Shown piece by piece: positions 38,805 through 48,296 of a stretch of DNA of 64,000 nt. Both the position numbers and the translations under genes were made by a program. The notes beneath the pieces were generated by a model, which saw only the letters and a list, made by a program, of their open reading frames with translations, was not told the origin of the DNA and ran no database searches. The first letter of the stretch is position 1; every line of letters begins with the position of its first letter. The DNA comes from Bacteroidota bacterium (lineage in GTDB: Bacteria; Bacteroidota; Bacteroidia; Flavobacteriales; Flavobacteriaceae), in the NCBI GenBank assembly GCA_018267095.1, contig JAFDZC010000017.1, forward strand, positions 142,431-206,430, read 5' to 3'.

Positions 38805-39653
38805 TTATAAAAATTCGATGCTGACGGTATCACGGTAGCCCAATCCCAGTAGGGTAGAAGCGCTGCCAACGGTCATCGGATTGCTTTTGTAAATGGCGAT
38901 TTCAAGATATCCGGCTTCGTTAAAAATGGCCAGTTTTTCGCCTTCGTAATCTTTGCTGGCAAAATTTCCGCTGCTCAAAATGTCTGAATATTTGGCCCAA
39001 ATGTTTTTGATTGGGCTCGAGCGGCGCTGACTTTTTCCGGATTTGAGCGGAATCTCATAAGCTCTGCCTTTGGCAACTTCTAAGAACAACTTTTGGCTGA
39101 TGTTGGTGACTACATTTCCGAAATGATCGATGTAAATGACCGAGCCCCGGATGGTTTTTTTGTCTTCTGAAACAATCGGTTGTAGTTCAGTGATATCTTT
39201 TATTTGATCGATTTCTTTACCAATCACGCTGAGTTGACCACCTTTGGCCAAATGACAAGCTACCGTTACCAATACGTCTAAATCAGTGGCCTGCGAGGGC
39301 AATCGATCGTGAATTGTAATTTCGACAATTTGTTCCGGTTTGATGTGTTGGGTAAGCATGGTGAGTATGCCATTATCAGCAGCGATAAAATAATAATCAT
39401 TCCATTTCAATGCCAAATGCCGCGTCTCTTCATTGCGTTCGGCATCAACACCTACCAAGTGCACGGTGCCTTTCGGAAAAGCCGAATAGCCTGCGTTTAA
39501 GATATAACTAGCTTGCGAAATATTAAACGGTTCAACTCCGTGTGAGAGGTCAACAATTACAGCCTCAGGAAATTGAGAAAGAATTTTTCCCTTGAGCGCT
39601 CCGACAAAATGATCCTTCAAGCCGTAATCGGTTGTGAGGGTAATTATTGACAT
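38805..39653 (-). CDS. SAM hydrolase/SAM-dependent halogenase family protein
   Basis: ITLTTDYG, GTVHLVGVD, ADNG, YIDHFGN. Confidence 0.9.
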   Translation of the reverse strand: MSIITLTTDYGLKDHFVGALKGKILSQFPEAVIVDLSHGVEPFNISQASYILNAGYSAFPKGTVHLVGVDAERNEETRHLALKWNDYYFIAADNGILTMLTQHIKPEQIVEITIHDRLPSQATDLDVLVTVACHLAKGGQLSVIGKEIDQIKDITELQPIVSEDKKTIRGSVIYIDHFGNVVTNISQKLFLEVAKGRAYEIPLKSGKSQRRSSPIKNIWAKYSDILSSGNFASKDYEGEKLAIFNEAGYLEIAIYKSNPMTVGSASTLLGLGYRDTVSIEFL

Positions 39654-39758
39654 AAAAATGTTTATAAATAAAACAGAAACCGAACCTAAAACTGATTAAA
39701 TTTGAATGCAAAGCTAACAATATCTAGCTACAAATTTCTAATTTAATACGACTTCCTT

Positions 39759-40709
39759 TTGAACGAAAGAATCATCGAACTCAACGATATTGCTCCGAAA
39801 GATTTTTGGGGCGCGCAGGATGCTCATCTTGAAACTATTAAGAAATACTATCCGAAATTAAAAATCGTCGCACGCGGTACCACGCTCAAGGCTTTTGGCG
39901 AAAAAGAAGTGCTCGATGAGTTTGAAACGCGCTTCAAAAGATTGATGTTGCACTTTACCCGCTACAACCGAATTGACGATAATGTGATTGAACGCGTTAT
40001 TCAAAGCAATTCGCAAGACGAAGAGCGCATGCCGGATCACGATAAAATTTTGGTACACGGCATTGGAGGAAAAATCATCAAAGCGATGACGCCCAATCAG
40101 CAATTGCTGGTGGATATGCTGCATAAGAACGATATGGTTTTTGCTGTAGGGCCGGCCGGTACGGGTAAAACCTATACCGGTGTTGCTATGGCAGTTAAAG
40201 CCTTAAAAGAAAAGCAAGTGCGGCGCATCATTTTAACGCGTCCGGCGGTTGAAGCCGGAGAGAATTTAGGTTTTTTGCCGGGCGATATGAAAGAGAAGCT
40301 CGATCCGTACATGCAGCCGTTGTACGATGCCTTGCGCGATATGATTCCGCCGCAATCTTTAGAAGATTATATTCAAAAAGGCATCATTCAAATTGCGCCA
40401 CTAGCGTTTATGCGCGGACGTACCTTAGACAATGCCTTTGTGATTTTAGACGAGGCTCAGAACACGACTCATTCGCAGATGAAAATGTTCTTGACACGTA
40501 TGGGTAAAAACGCAAAGTTTATGATTACCGGCGATCCGGGTCAGGTAGACTTGCCGCGAAGAACCTTGTCGGGACTCAAAGAAGCTATATTGGTTTTGAA
40601 AGACATTGAAGGTATTGGCATTATTTACTTAGATGACAAAGACATTGTCCGCCATCGTTTGGTGAAAAAAGTAATTGAAGCGTATAAGAAAATTGAAAAT
40701 CAGGATTAA
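39759..40709 (+). CDS. phoH: PhoH family protein
   Basis: GPAGTGKT, RPAVEAGENLGFLPG, MRGRT, DEAQN. Confidence 0.95.
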   Translation: MNERIIELNDIAPKDFWGAQDAHLETIKKYYPKLKIVARGTTLKAFGEKEVLDEFETRFKRLMLHFTRYNRIDDNVIERVIQSNSQDEERMPDHDKILVHGIGGKIIKAMTPNQQLLVDMLHKNDMVFAVGPAGTGKTYTGVAMAVKALKEKQVRRIILTRPAVEAGENLGFLPGDMKEKLDPYMQPLYDALRDMIPPQSLEDYIQKGIIQIAPLAFMRGRTLDNAFVILDEAQNTTHSQMKMFLTRMGKNAKFMITGDPGQVDLPRRTLSGLKEAILVLKDIEGIGIIYLDDKDIVRHRLVKKVIEAYKKIENQD

Positions 40710-40751
40710 TTAAACACTAAACAACGTTGGCAGCACAGGCCAACACTCACT

Positions 40752-41708
40752 ATGACAACTACACTCACAACAACACACTTTCATTTTCCGGGCCAAGTTT
40801 CAGTATACAGAGGCAAGGTTCGCGAGGTCTACAACATCAACAATGAACTTTTGGTCATGATTGCCACCGATAGGTTATCGGCTTTTGATGTGGTATTACC
40901 TAAAGGGATTCCGTACAAAGGGCAAATGCTCAACCAAATTGCCACACATTTTATGAAAGCTACCGAGGATATTGTTCCGAACTGGCTCATTGCCTCGCCC
41001 GATCCGAATGTTGCTGTGGGGTATTTGTGCGAACCATTCAAAGTTGAAATGGTTATCAGAGGATATTTATCGGGTCATGCGGCCCGAGAATATGCAGCTG
41101 GTAAACATTCGGTTTGCGGCGTTTCATTGCCGGATGGCTTGCAAGAAAACGATCGATTGCCTGAACCCATAATCACCCCAACAACCAAAGCTGATCAGGG
41201 TGAGCACGATATGGATATTTCAAGAGCGGATATTTTGAAACGCGGTATTGTGAGCGAAACGGATTATTTAATGCTTGAAAAATATACACGCGCTTTATAT
41301 CAAAGAGGGACTGAAATGGCGGCGCAAAAAGGCTTGATTTTGGTAGATACCAAATATGAGTTCGGTAAAAAAGCCAACGGTGAGATTGTTTTGATTGATG
41401 AAATACATACGCCCGATTCATCGCGTTATTTTTATTTGGACGGTTACCAAGAACGTCAGCAAAATGGTGAGCCGCAAAAGCAATTATCTAAAGAGTTTGT
41501 GCGTCAGTGGCTGATTGAAAACGGTTTTCAGGGCAAAGAAGGGCAGAGGATACCTGAAATGACGGATGATTATGTGGCTTCGGTTTCTGAAAGATATATG
41601 GAATTGTATGAGCATATTACCGGTGAGCCTTTTCAAAAAGCCGATGTCAGTGATATCAATCATCGCATTGAACAAAACGTTTTGAGCTTTCTAAGCGATT
41701 ATAATTAA
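40752..41708 (+). CDS. purC: SAICAR synthetase
   Basis: [36 protein letters not shown]. Confidence 0.95.
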   Translation: MTTTLTTTHFHFPGQVSVYRGKVREVYNINNELLVMIATDRLSAFDVVLPKGIPYKGQMLNQIATHFMKATEDIVPNWLIASPDPNVAVGYLCEPFKVEMVIRGYLSGHAAREYAAGKHSVCGVSLPDGLQENDRLPEPIITPTTKADQGEHDMDISRADILKRGIVSETDYLMLEKYTRALYQRGTEMAAQKGLILVDTKYEFGKKANGEIVLIDEIHTPDSSRYFYLDGYQERQQNGEPQKQLSKEFVRQWLIENGFQGKEGQRIPEMTDDYVASVSERYMELYEHITGEPFQKADVSDINHRIEQNVLSFLSDYN

Positions 41709-41731
41709 GGGATACTTTTTTAATAAAATTG

Positions 41732-41757
41732 AAAAGCCGTCTTTACCGACGGTTTTT
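41732..41757 (+). terminator. Intrinsic terminator after purC
   Basis: AAAAGCCGTC-loop-GACGGTTTTT. Confidence 0.7.
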
Positions 41758-41854
41758 TTGTGGATTGATTTAAAAAAAATGTTAAGTCTTTTAGAGTTTG
41801 TAACAAGTTCCGGGTTCATTCGACTTAGTGAGCAAATCATCAAATCAAATCATT

Positions 41855-42271
41855 ATGAAAAAATCAATCATTTATTTAAGTATGGCTTTTGTAGCCTTGA
41901 GCAGTTCAGTTGTGACGGCTTCAAATTTGACAACTACTAATTCAGAAAGACATTTCAAAACCGGAACTCCGCTTTGTGTAGCTATTCAAAAAGGAGAATT
42001 TGACTTTGTGAAAAAGCTCGTTGAATACGGTGCCGATGTCAATGAACGATCAAACGGAATGACACCACTCATGGTAGCGGCTCGCTACAACAAAGTTGAT
42101 ATTATTAAATATTTGCTTGCGCACGGAGCCAATCCAGACATCAAAGACGACAAAGGTTTTAACGCTGCCAAGTATGCAGAGCTTTCGTTGGCCCATGATG
42201 CCTATGAGCTTTTGCGTATAATCGCGAAAACGAAATTTCCACAAAATAAAAACGAAATTTCCATTTTTTAA
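41855..42271 (+). CDS. Secreted ankyrin-repeat protein; C-terminus probably replaced by prophage-end sequence
   Basis: TPLCVA, TPLMVAARYN; last ~18 codons run through the transposase-site-like repeats. Confidence 0.8.
   Translation: MKKSIIYLSMAFVALSSSVVTASNLTTTNSERHFKTGTPLCVAIQKGEFDFVKKLVEYGADVNERSNGMTPLMVAARYNKVDIIKYLLAHGANPDIKDDKGFNAAKYAELSLAHDAYELLRIIAKTKFPQNKNEISIF
42227..42263 (+). repeat. Direct repeats, putative transposase binding sites
   Basis: AAAACGAAATTTCCA at 42227 and 42249 (22-bp period), 14 bp after TG at 42213. Confidence 0.75.
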
Positions 42272-42346
42272 GCATCAACAAGTATAATATTCAATATTAT
42301 TTAAACGCGTCTTAAATGAAATTTAAATGCGTAAAAATAAATGAAA

Positions 42347-42382
42347 AAAAAGCCTGAGAAAGTGTGTTTTTTCAGGCTTTTT
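42347..42382. terminator. Terminator after the formyltransferase-like gene
   Basis: AAAAAGCCTGA...TCAGGCTTTTT. Confidence 0.65.
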
Positions 42383-42423
42383 GTTTGGTTGTTACATAGC
42401 TTTTTTACATCTTTACTATGTAA

Positions 42424-43092
42424 TCAAGTTGATGGAGAGCCGTGTTGCTCAATCATCAGCAAGTCTGGTTTGTATACATCTTTGACATCTGTATTTGGTT
42501 CAAAAGTGCTAAACTCTTTTTTTTGGGGTCGTTTAATAATTACGCCATTGCTTATATCAATAAGCGCGCGCCTCAATAGGTTTAGACCCATATCTTGCAA
42601 AGTATTTTCCCATAGTTTTTTGGCTGCTTTTTTTGGTTCAATTGAATACATGGCGGGATCAATAAAGCAAAAATCTTGATATGCAACATCTCCTCGATCT
42701 ATTCCATCATTCAACCAAAAAACAGTTCCCCCAGTAATTGGATCACGCATACGTATAGCCCACTCAATAGATGAACGACCACGGTGTCTAGGCAACAAGC
42801 TTGGATGATAACCTATCCAACCAAGCCTGCACTTATATCGAGATTTTTTACCTATGTAGTCAAATGAATGTGCAGTTATGCCTAAGTCAACATTGTCCGG
42901 TATTTTATCAGCCGAAAGCGTTCCAGAAGGTATTACTGGAATATTGAATGTGTGTGCTATTTGCGTCAAATATTTATCATCCAAAGGAGCACAAACCCCA
43001 ACAATTTCAACAAATTCAAGCTCATTGCACAGCCTAAACACTTGTTGGCCAAAATACTTTTGGCTAGATATAAAAACTTTTAATTTATTCAT
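42424..43092 (-). CDS. Formyl-THF-dependent formyltransferase/hydrolase-fold protein
   Basis: GYHPSLLPRHRG.SSIEW, GGTVFWLNDGIDRGD. Confidence 0.9.
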   Translation of the reverse strand: MNKLKVFISSQKYFGQQVFRLCNELEFVEIVGVCAPLDDKYLTQIAHTFNIPVIPSGTLSADKIPDNVDLGITAHSFDYIGKKSRYKCRLGWIGYHPSLLPRHRGRSSIEWAIRMRDPITGGTVFWLNDGIDRGDVAYQDFCFIDPAMYSIEPKKAAKKLWENTLQDMGLNLLRRALIDISNGVIIKRPQKKEFSTFEPNTDVKDVYKPDLLMIEQHGSPST

Positions 43093-44205
43093 TGCCTAAA
43101 TATTTAAAACTTTGAACCGCACGTAAATGGCCACCATAACCGCAACCGGTTATACTACCCTTTTTACCGGTCTTTTCAATACTTTGCTTACTTCTGACCT
43201 TATTAGAACCGTAAAGCATGGCCCCTGTTTGTGCCCACTTTTTCGAGTTTCTTAAATAGCCACAAAGTTGTGGGTGTGATGTATGAAAAAAAGTGTGATA
43301 CTTTCTTTGGCACCGACCGTTCCCTTCTAGGTGATATTGCATTACTTCATTTAAAAATGCAGTTCCTACACCTGCGCCTTGCCACTCTGGCATAACAACT
43401 AATCTTGTCGCCCTATATGCAGTGGCCGTAAAGAGTGGGCAAACTGCTAAATGAGCTACAAGTTCACCGTTTACAGTTGCAACAAAATATTCAGCGGCAG
43501 GTGGGTGAGGTAAATCTAAATAGTAATGCTCTTTAAAATACCTCCAATAACTTCCGTTTGTCTTCCAAATGTCGAGTTTAATAGACGGTCTTTTTTGGAC
43601 TTTTTTTTTACTTCACCGGTCCGAGTATCATATACCCAATCCGGTTGCAGCCATTCAACGACATCATAGTGGCAAGAAAGCAAAACTATTTTCTTGCCTT
43701 TTGTTCGCCTCCAAGATTTTGAAAAAGCAGCTGCGCCAATTTGAGCAATTTGCCTGTCTACTACACTGGTAAATTCATCAATCACAACTCGATCAGGTGC
43801 ATTACAAATCAGCCTAGCCAAGCCCGCCCTGTATTGTTCGCCATTCGAAAGCGACTTAAAAGGCCGTAGCCATGCGGGTACATTACCAAGCCCAACGGCA
43901 GAAAGTGAGGCGGTAACTTCATTTAAGCTCATTTGCGGGGCGATATTGTCCACGATAGGTAAAGTGTTGTCCCAATTACTATAAAGGTCGTGTATAGGCA
44001 AATCTTGCCAAATTTGAGCGCCAATTGATGTTTTGCCGGAACCAGATGGGCCAACAATCAGACCGATTTGCCAATTTTCATCTTCAATTGGTAAATCAGC
44101 TTCATGTGTCCATGTGTGACCATTATCGGCGTTAAACAATGATTTTACTTTTTGAGCTCTGAAGGTCTCAAAATTTTTGGTTGTGTGATTGACAACAATT
44201 TTCAT
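43085..44205 (-). CDS. ABC-ATPase + GNAT acyltransferase, fused by a predicted -1 shift at 43606-43600 (~373 aa)
   Basis: GPSGSGKT, LSNGE, VVIDEF, CH; the -1 frame is open from 43600 to 43085 and contains RLVVMPEWQGAGVG. Confidence 0.8.
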
Positions 44206-44333
44206 ACTGATACTACTTTTAAATCCTTAAATCCCATTTCTGATAACTTTTCAAAAACTTTTTTTTGCTCATCCTCGCTACTACACTTCACGATTACAGC
44301 ATGTTGCTCTTTGTAGGTAAAATTTTTACTCAT
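44202..44333 (-). CDS. 43-aa protein not in the ORF track (MSKNFTYKEQHAVIVKCSSEDEQKKVFEKLSEMGFKDLKVVSV)
   Basis: ATG at 44333; ATGA overlap with the ATPase start. Confidence 0.7.
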   Translation of the reverse strand: MSKNFTYKEQHAVIVKCSSEDEQKKVFEKLSEMGFKDLKVVSV

Positions 44334-44339
44334 TCGTTT

Positions 44340-44370
44340 TTTGATTGATGATTATTGATGATTAACTTTG
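44340..44370 (+). promoter_or_regulatory. Bacteroidetes housekeeping promoter, antisense to the late operon
   Basis: TTTG (44340) - 19 nt - TAACTTTG (44363). Confidence 0.6.
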
Positions 44371-44373
44371 CAC

Positions 44374-44516
44374 TTCCTACGATAATTTAAGACACAAAAA
44401 AGCCACCGAATAGAAGACTTATGTCCTCCAACTCGGTGGCTTCGTGCTATAATAAATTACCGTAGGAAAGTATTTATTTTGTTGGAGGACTTTTTTTATA
44501 CTGCCTCCACAGTATT
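44374..44516. ncRNA. Structured leader / antisense RNA candidate
   Basis: Stems 44374-89/44453-68, 44400-09/44433-42, 44423-32/44481-90, and a small hairpin at ~44499-44516. Confidence 0.5.
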
Positions 44517-46152
44517 AGAAAATTTTTCTATAAGCTAAATAATCCGCGTACATATTCAAAGATGTCGTTCCCGCAATTTTGTTAAACAAGTTGTACCAAT
44601 GCATCGCAGTGGATGTTGAAGGAATATTTGTTGTGTGGGTGGCCACTAAAGTATCGTTGATATAAAAGCCAACACTAGTCCCCGCTGAGTTTATTTCAAT
44701 TCGAAGCCGAACCCAACCACTTGCCGAAATTGCCACAGCTGAATTTGTCGTCGTACGAACAGATGTATTTATAGTTACACAACGCCAGTTTGGTGATGCG
44801 CCTAAAACTCCGCCGCCCCAAACGCCACCTTCGTCGTAAATAAAGAATATGCCATTTGTAGTTGAGTTAACATTACCTGCTGTATAAGCTCCAAATATTG
44901 CTGTAAAGCGATCTGTTGAATTTGATAAGCTTTCAATGTTAATATAAACCTCATAGCTGATAGCACCATTGCCAATATAGTATTGAGGTGCGTTGTTCGA
45001 GCCTAATCTAAACACGCCGTTACCCGTTGAAGTTGTACCCGTTGATAATAAAAGAACACCCTCCTGAATAGTTCTGTTAGGAAAAGTACCCGTTGTTCTT
45101 CCGACAGAACCTGTGCCTGATGTTACAACGACCACTCCTAGTGTAGTACCAATCCCAGAGTTATCATTTGTGCCTAAAAAATGTTCAATAAAAAAAACAC
45201 CTTTTCTACGCCATGCCCACATATCCTCTTGGGGTGTAAATCCAATCAAATTTTGTTTTAAATCTAGCGCGGCCTGTTGTAGCGTTGATACTGGCTTTTG
45301 CGTGTCAGAAGTATTATCTACATTACCCAATCCAACCTTTGCTTTTGAAAGGCTACCAATCCAAGAAGGATTATCGTATACTTCTGAAAGTCTCACATAA
45401 AAAGATTGATAGTCCGACTCTACAGCAACTATGTTTCCGATTCTCCCAAAAACAGAGGTCACAGAATCTGAGTTATCCACTTTTGACCAACCGCTCACGG
45501 CTCCTAGTGATAAAATCCAATCACCGGTAGAATAATCGATACCATCTTTTGTAAATCCTGAAGTAACAATAAAATAAACCCCAGCATTTGATACCGTTGG
45601 ATTTGGCAAAGGCAAACCATTGAAAGATACGTATGCCGAACTAACAATCGTTCCGTTGTATGTGCCTCTGAACCTAACGTTTCCGAGTATTTCATCCGGA
45701 AAGTAGGCAGTTGGTATTTTCTGGTCCGCACCTAATGGCGTAACTCCGAGAGCCGCACCAACCAAATCAGCATTAAGCTTCAAATCAAAAGCGGCCATTA
45801 AGTCAGCTTGGTTTTGTAAGTCACCTTCGATTTCTCCCCAATTCTTTGCGCCGCTAATATATTCATCGTAGTCCTGAGAGGTCATGCCGGGATGATCATC
45901 CAACCAAACTTGCCTTGCGTCGCGGCCATCAATACCCCTAAAATACTCATAATACTCTTGAATAGTTCCACCCGGGTTATCAACCTGCCAAAGATCGAAA
46001 GCATTTAACCCATCATTACCGTCTATGCCGTCTCTAAAAGCTGAAACTACAACCGGAGCTACTGGGTTTGTCAAAATGCTTACGCTGTCCGATATCGGGC
46101 AACTAACAGTTACAGTAAATGGCAACGCCGATGTAGTAATTGTTACCTGCAT
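44515..46152 (-). CDS. Tail fibre / receptor-binding protein
   Basis: GIDG repeats at the N-terminus; beta-rich Thr/Gly C-terminal domain; last gene of the tail operon. Confidence 0.7.
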   Translation of the reverse strand: MQVTITTSALPFTVTVSCPISDSVSILTNPVAPVVVSAFRDGIDGNDGLNAFDLWQVDNPGGTIQEYYEYFRGIDGRDARQVWLDDHPGMTSQDYDEYISGAKNWGEIEGDLQNQADLMAAFDLKLNADLVGAALGVTPLGADQKIPTAYFPDEILGNVRFRGTYNGTIVSSAYVSFNGLPLPNPTVSNAGVYFIVTSGFTKDGIDYSTGDWILSLGAVSGWSKVDNSDSVTSVFGRIGNIVAVESDYQSFYVRLSEVYDNPSWIGSLSKAKVGLGNVDNTSDTQKPVSTLQQAALDLKQNLIGFTPQEDMWAWRRKGVFFIEHFLGTNDNSGIGTTLGVVVVTSGTGSVGRTTGTFPNRTIQEGVLLLSTGTTSTGNGVFRLGSNNAPQYYIGNGAISYEVYINIESLSNSTDRFTAIFGAYTAGNVNSTTNGIFFIYDEGGVWGGGVLGASPNWRCVTINTSVRTTTNSAVAISASGWVRLRIEINSAGTSVGFYINDTLVATHTTNIPSTSTAMHWYNLFNKIAGTTSLNMYADYLAYRKIF

Positions 46153-46460
46153 ACTTCAAACTCAGCTTTAAAAATGATCGATTTAATATCTTCTAATTTT
46201 ATCTCAGCATAATAAGTTCCTGAATCCAATCCCTGACCTGATGGGTCTATCCACCATGTCATTACTTCATTTGAAATGCTTAAATCAGTACTAGGAATTT
46301 CGAACCTTGTATTTTTTGCGGGAGAATTCCACACGTCCAATTGATATGTACCACTCCAAGGCTCAGAAGCCGTAAAAACAATAGGTCTTCGCTCAGACTT
46401 CCCAACCGCCTTAATTTTTAAAAGCGTCGCAATTGATGGGTCAATAATAACTGTATTCAT
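46143..46460 (-). CDS. Phage tail-associated hypothetical protein
   Basis: Overlapping neighbours in the tail operon. Confidence 0.55.
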   Translation of the reverse strand: MNTVIIDPSIATLLKIKAVGKSERRPIVFTASEPWSGTYQLDVWNSPAKNTRFEIPSTDLSISNEVMTWWIDPSGQGLDSGTYYAEIKLEDIKSIIFKAEFEVCR

Positions 46461-46987
46461 CGTGATCCTATTTGATAAGTGGCTAACCATTTTACGCTTG
46501 GGGCAGTCGTTAACTTTCGAATAACTGCTACATCTTTGTAATCTGAATAATGAAAAGGTAGGCCATCAATAGTTCCGCCTGCAACCTGATAATTAATTCC
46601 GAAAGGGTAACCATTATCGAGCAAATAAACCATAAATGTAGAATTTGCAGGGAACTCGCCGTTAATGGTAAATATCTGTGTTGTTCCAGCGACAATATCG
46701 TTTTCAATAACGATAAATTTATTTTCATCGCCAGGCTGTGCTATATAAACACCTGTAGAAACAATTGAAGATAAAAGTATTCTCTTTTCTACTCGTGCGT
46801 TTGAACTTTCAATATCGTCACGCAGTTTGTTTACAAAATCACGCAAAACTTCAAACTCAGTAGCCGTTAAAAAATACTTCGGGTCTTTGCCCACCATATA
46901 GGCCAACTTTTCGAGCGAATCTTCTTTAGAAAGTATTTGTAAATACTTTGGATCTAGACCGGGTATTGATGGTGTCGTAATTGCCAT
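46457..46987 (-). CDS. Phage tail-associated hypothetical protein
   Basis: Position in the tail operon. Confidence 0.55.
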   Translation of the reverse strand: MAITTPSIPGLDPKYLQILSKEDSLEKLAYMVGKDPKYFLTATEFEVLRDFVNKLRDDIESSNARVEKRILLSSIVSTGVYIAQPGDENKFIVIENDIVAGTTQIFTINGEFPANSTFMVYLLDNGYPFGINYQVAGGTIDGLPFHYSDYKDVAVIRKLTTAPSVKWLATYQIGSR

Positions 46988-46989
46988 GA

Positions 46990-47484
46990 TTATAAAATAG
47001 TAGGTGAAGTTAATTCCTGAATTTTTTTATAAAACTCATATAAAAACAAGGTTTTATTTGAGTTTGTTACAGTTACAATAGTTCCGTCTGTTGCTAGAAA
47101 ATCAACATCTCCAGTCGAACCAGTATATAGTCCAATGGCAAAATACCTAAGTCTAGCCGCCTCATGCATTGGGAACTGTTTTGAGGCATAAACAAATGTG
47201 GCAGAATTAATGTCATTGATTTTATTCTGTTCAACAATCTGAGTTTGTTCGGCCAAATACTCCGCCTCAAATTCAGCCATCTCACCGGTTGACCTTTCCA
47301 CAAGCACACCGCCAACAATTTTTAAAGGACAAACCCCGAATTGATATTCTGGCACTAAATTTTCAGCCAAAATAAGAGGGTTATCTTCTTCACCGAGTGC
47401 TTGAAGCTCTTGAAGACTTTTAGCCCAACCGTGCCACTGTATAAATGGCTTTTCTGAAATTTCTACAGCTTTTAAATATCTCAT
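46990..47484 (-). CDS. Putative tail-fibre assembly protein
   Basis: Follows the first fibre-like gene. Confidence 0.5.
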   Translation of the reverse strand: MRYLKAVEISEKPFIQWHGWAKSLQELQALGEEDNPLILAENLVPEYQFGVCPLKIVGGVLVERSTGEMAEFEAEYLAEQTQIVEQNKINDINSATFVYASKQFPMHEAARLRYFAIGLYTGSTGDVDFLATDGTIVTVTNSNKTLFLYEFYKKIQELTSPTIL

Positions 47485-48296
47485 GGTTTTGCAATAATTA
47501 AATAATGTAACTCAGTATTTTTAGTAGTTGTGTCAAACTCTTTCGCAATAATTTTAAAAGAGGTGGGCGTAAAATCACTTGTAACTACCGGAACACAGTC
47601 TTGTCCGGCTGCTCCTAGAGTTGAGCGAGACTTTAATGTTGCAAAAACTATATATTGGTCTGTGCCGACACTTGGAAAAGTTACAGTTGTTGTGGCTGTT
47701 GTGCCGCTAGATGGATTTGGAAAGTTACCAAGCCCAATTGAGTCATGTTTCAAAACAGGCAAAAGCAAAGGCTTGTTTTTAATGAAAGAATCACTCAATG
47801 GATTTATGTCTGCCCAATCCGCCTGAACATTTACCTCTGCATTAGACTCAATCCCGTTTAACTTTGTAAGAAGCAATGAAGTAAAATTATTGTCCGTATG
47901 AACATAGTTTTGGTCATAAACAGGATAAAGCCTAGTAAAAGTAGACAACAAAGCTCCAGATGCATTTACTTGCGCAACTGCTTGAGTATATACCGCCAAA
48001 TTACTGCCGCTTTCAAATGGCGCTGTGGTGGTTACAATCGCCTTGATGATTTTAGGGTCTACAGTTCCGGTAACTCCTGGAAAATAACATAAGTCACCTG
48101 ACATGTACAAGTAACCCGCCGTAATGTTTCCGGAAGAAACTTGGCAGCCCGATATGACATAATTTGAGGTATCGTCTAAGCCTATGTACTTGACAAAAGC
48201 CCGCAAAATTTCAGAGTACCCCTGTTGGAGCTTATCCAAAACATGCTGCTCAAGTGGGAAACCTCCTGGTTGTGTAAAATCTATTTTTATCATCAC
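47481..48296 (-). CDS. Baseplate-proximal tail fibre protein
   Basis: GGFPLEQ..L..LQ, VISGC, VQADW....S..FIKNKP motifs. Confidence 0.65.
   Translation of the reverse strand: MMIKIDFTQPGGFPLEQHVLDKLQQGYSEILRAFVKYIGLDDTSNYVISGCQVSSGNITAGYLYMSGDLCYFPGVTGTVDPKIIKAIVTTTAPFESGSNLAVYTQAVAQVNASGALLSTFTRLYPVYDQNYVHTDNNFTSLLLTKLNGIESNAEVNVQADWADINPLSDSFIKNKPLLLPVLKHDSIGLGNFPNPSSGTTATTTVTFPSVGTDQYIVFATLKSRSTLGAAGQDCVPVVTSDFTPTSFKIIAKEFDTTTKNTELHYLIIAKP

Noticed and set aside
43516-44205. ABC transporter ATP-binding subunit
   Set aside because: No permease; the -1 frame continues into a GNAT domain.
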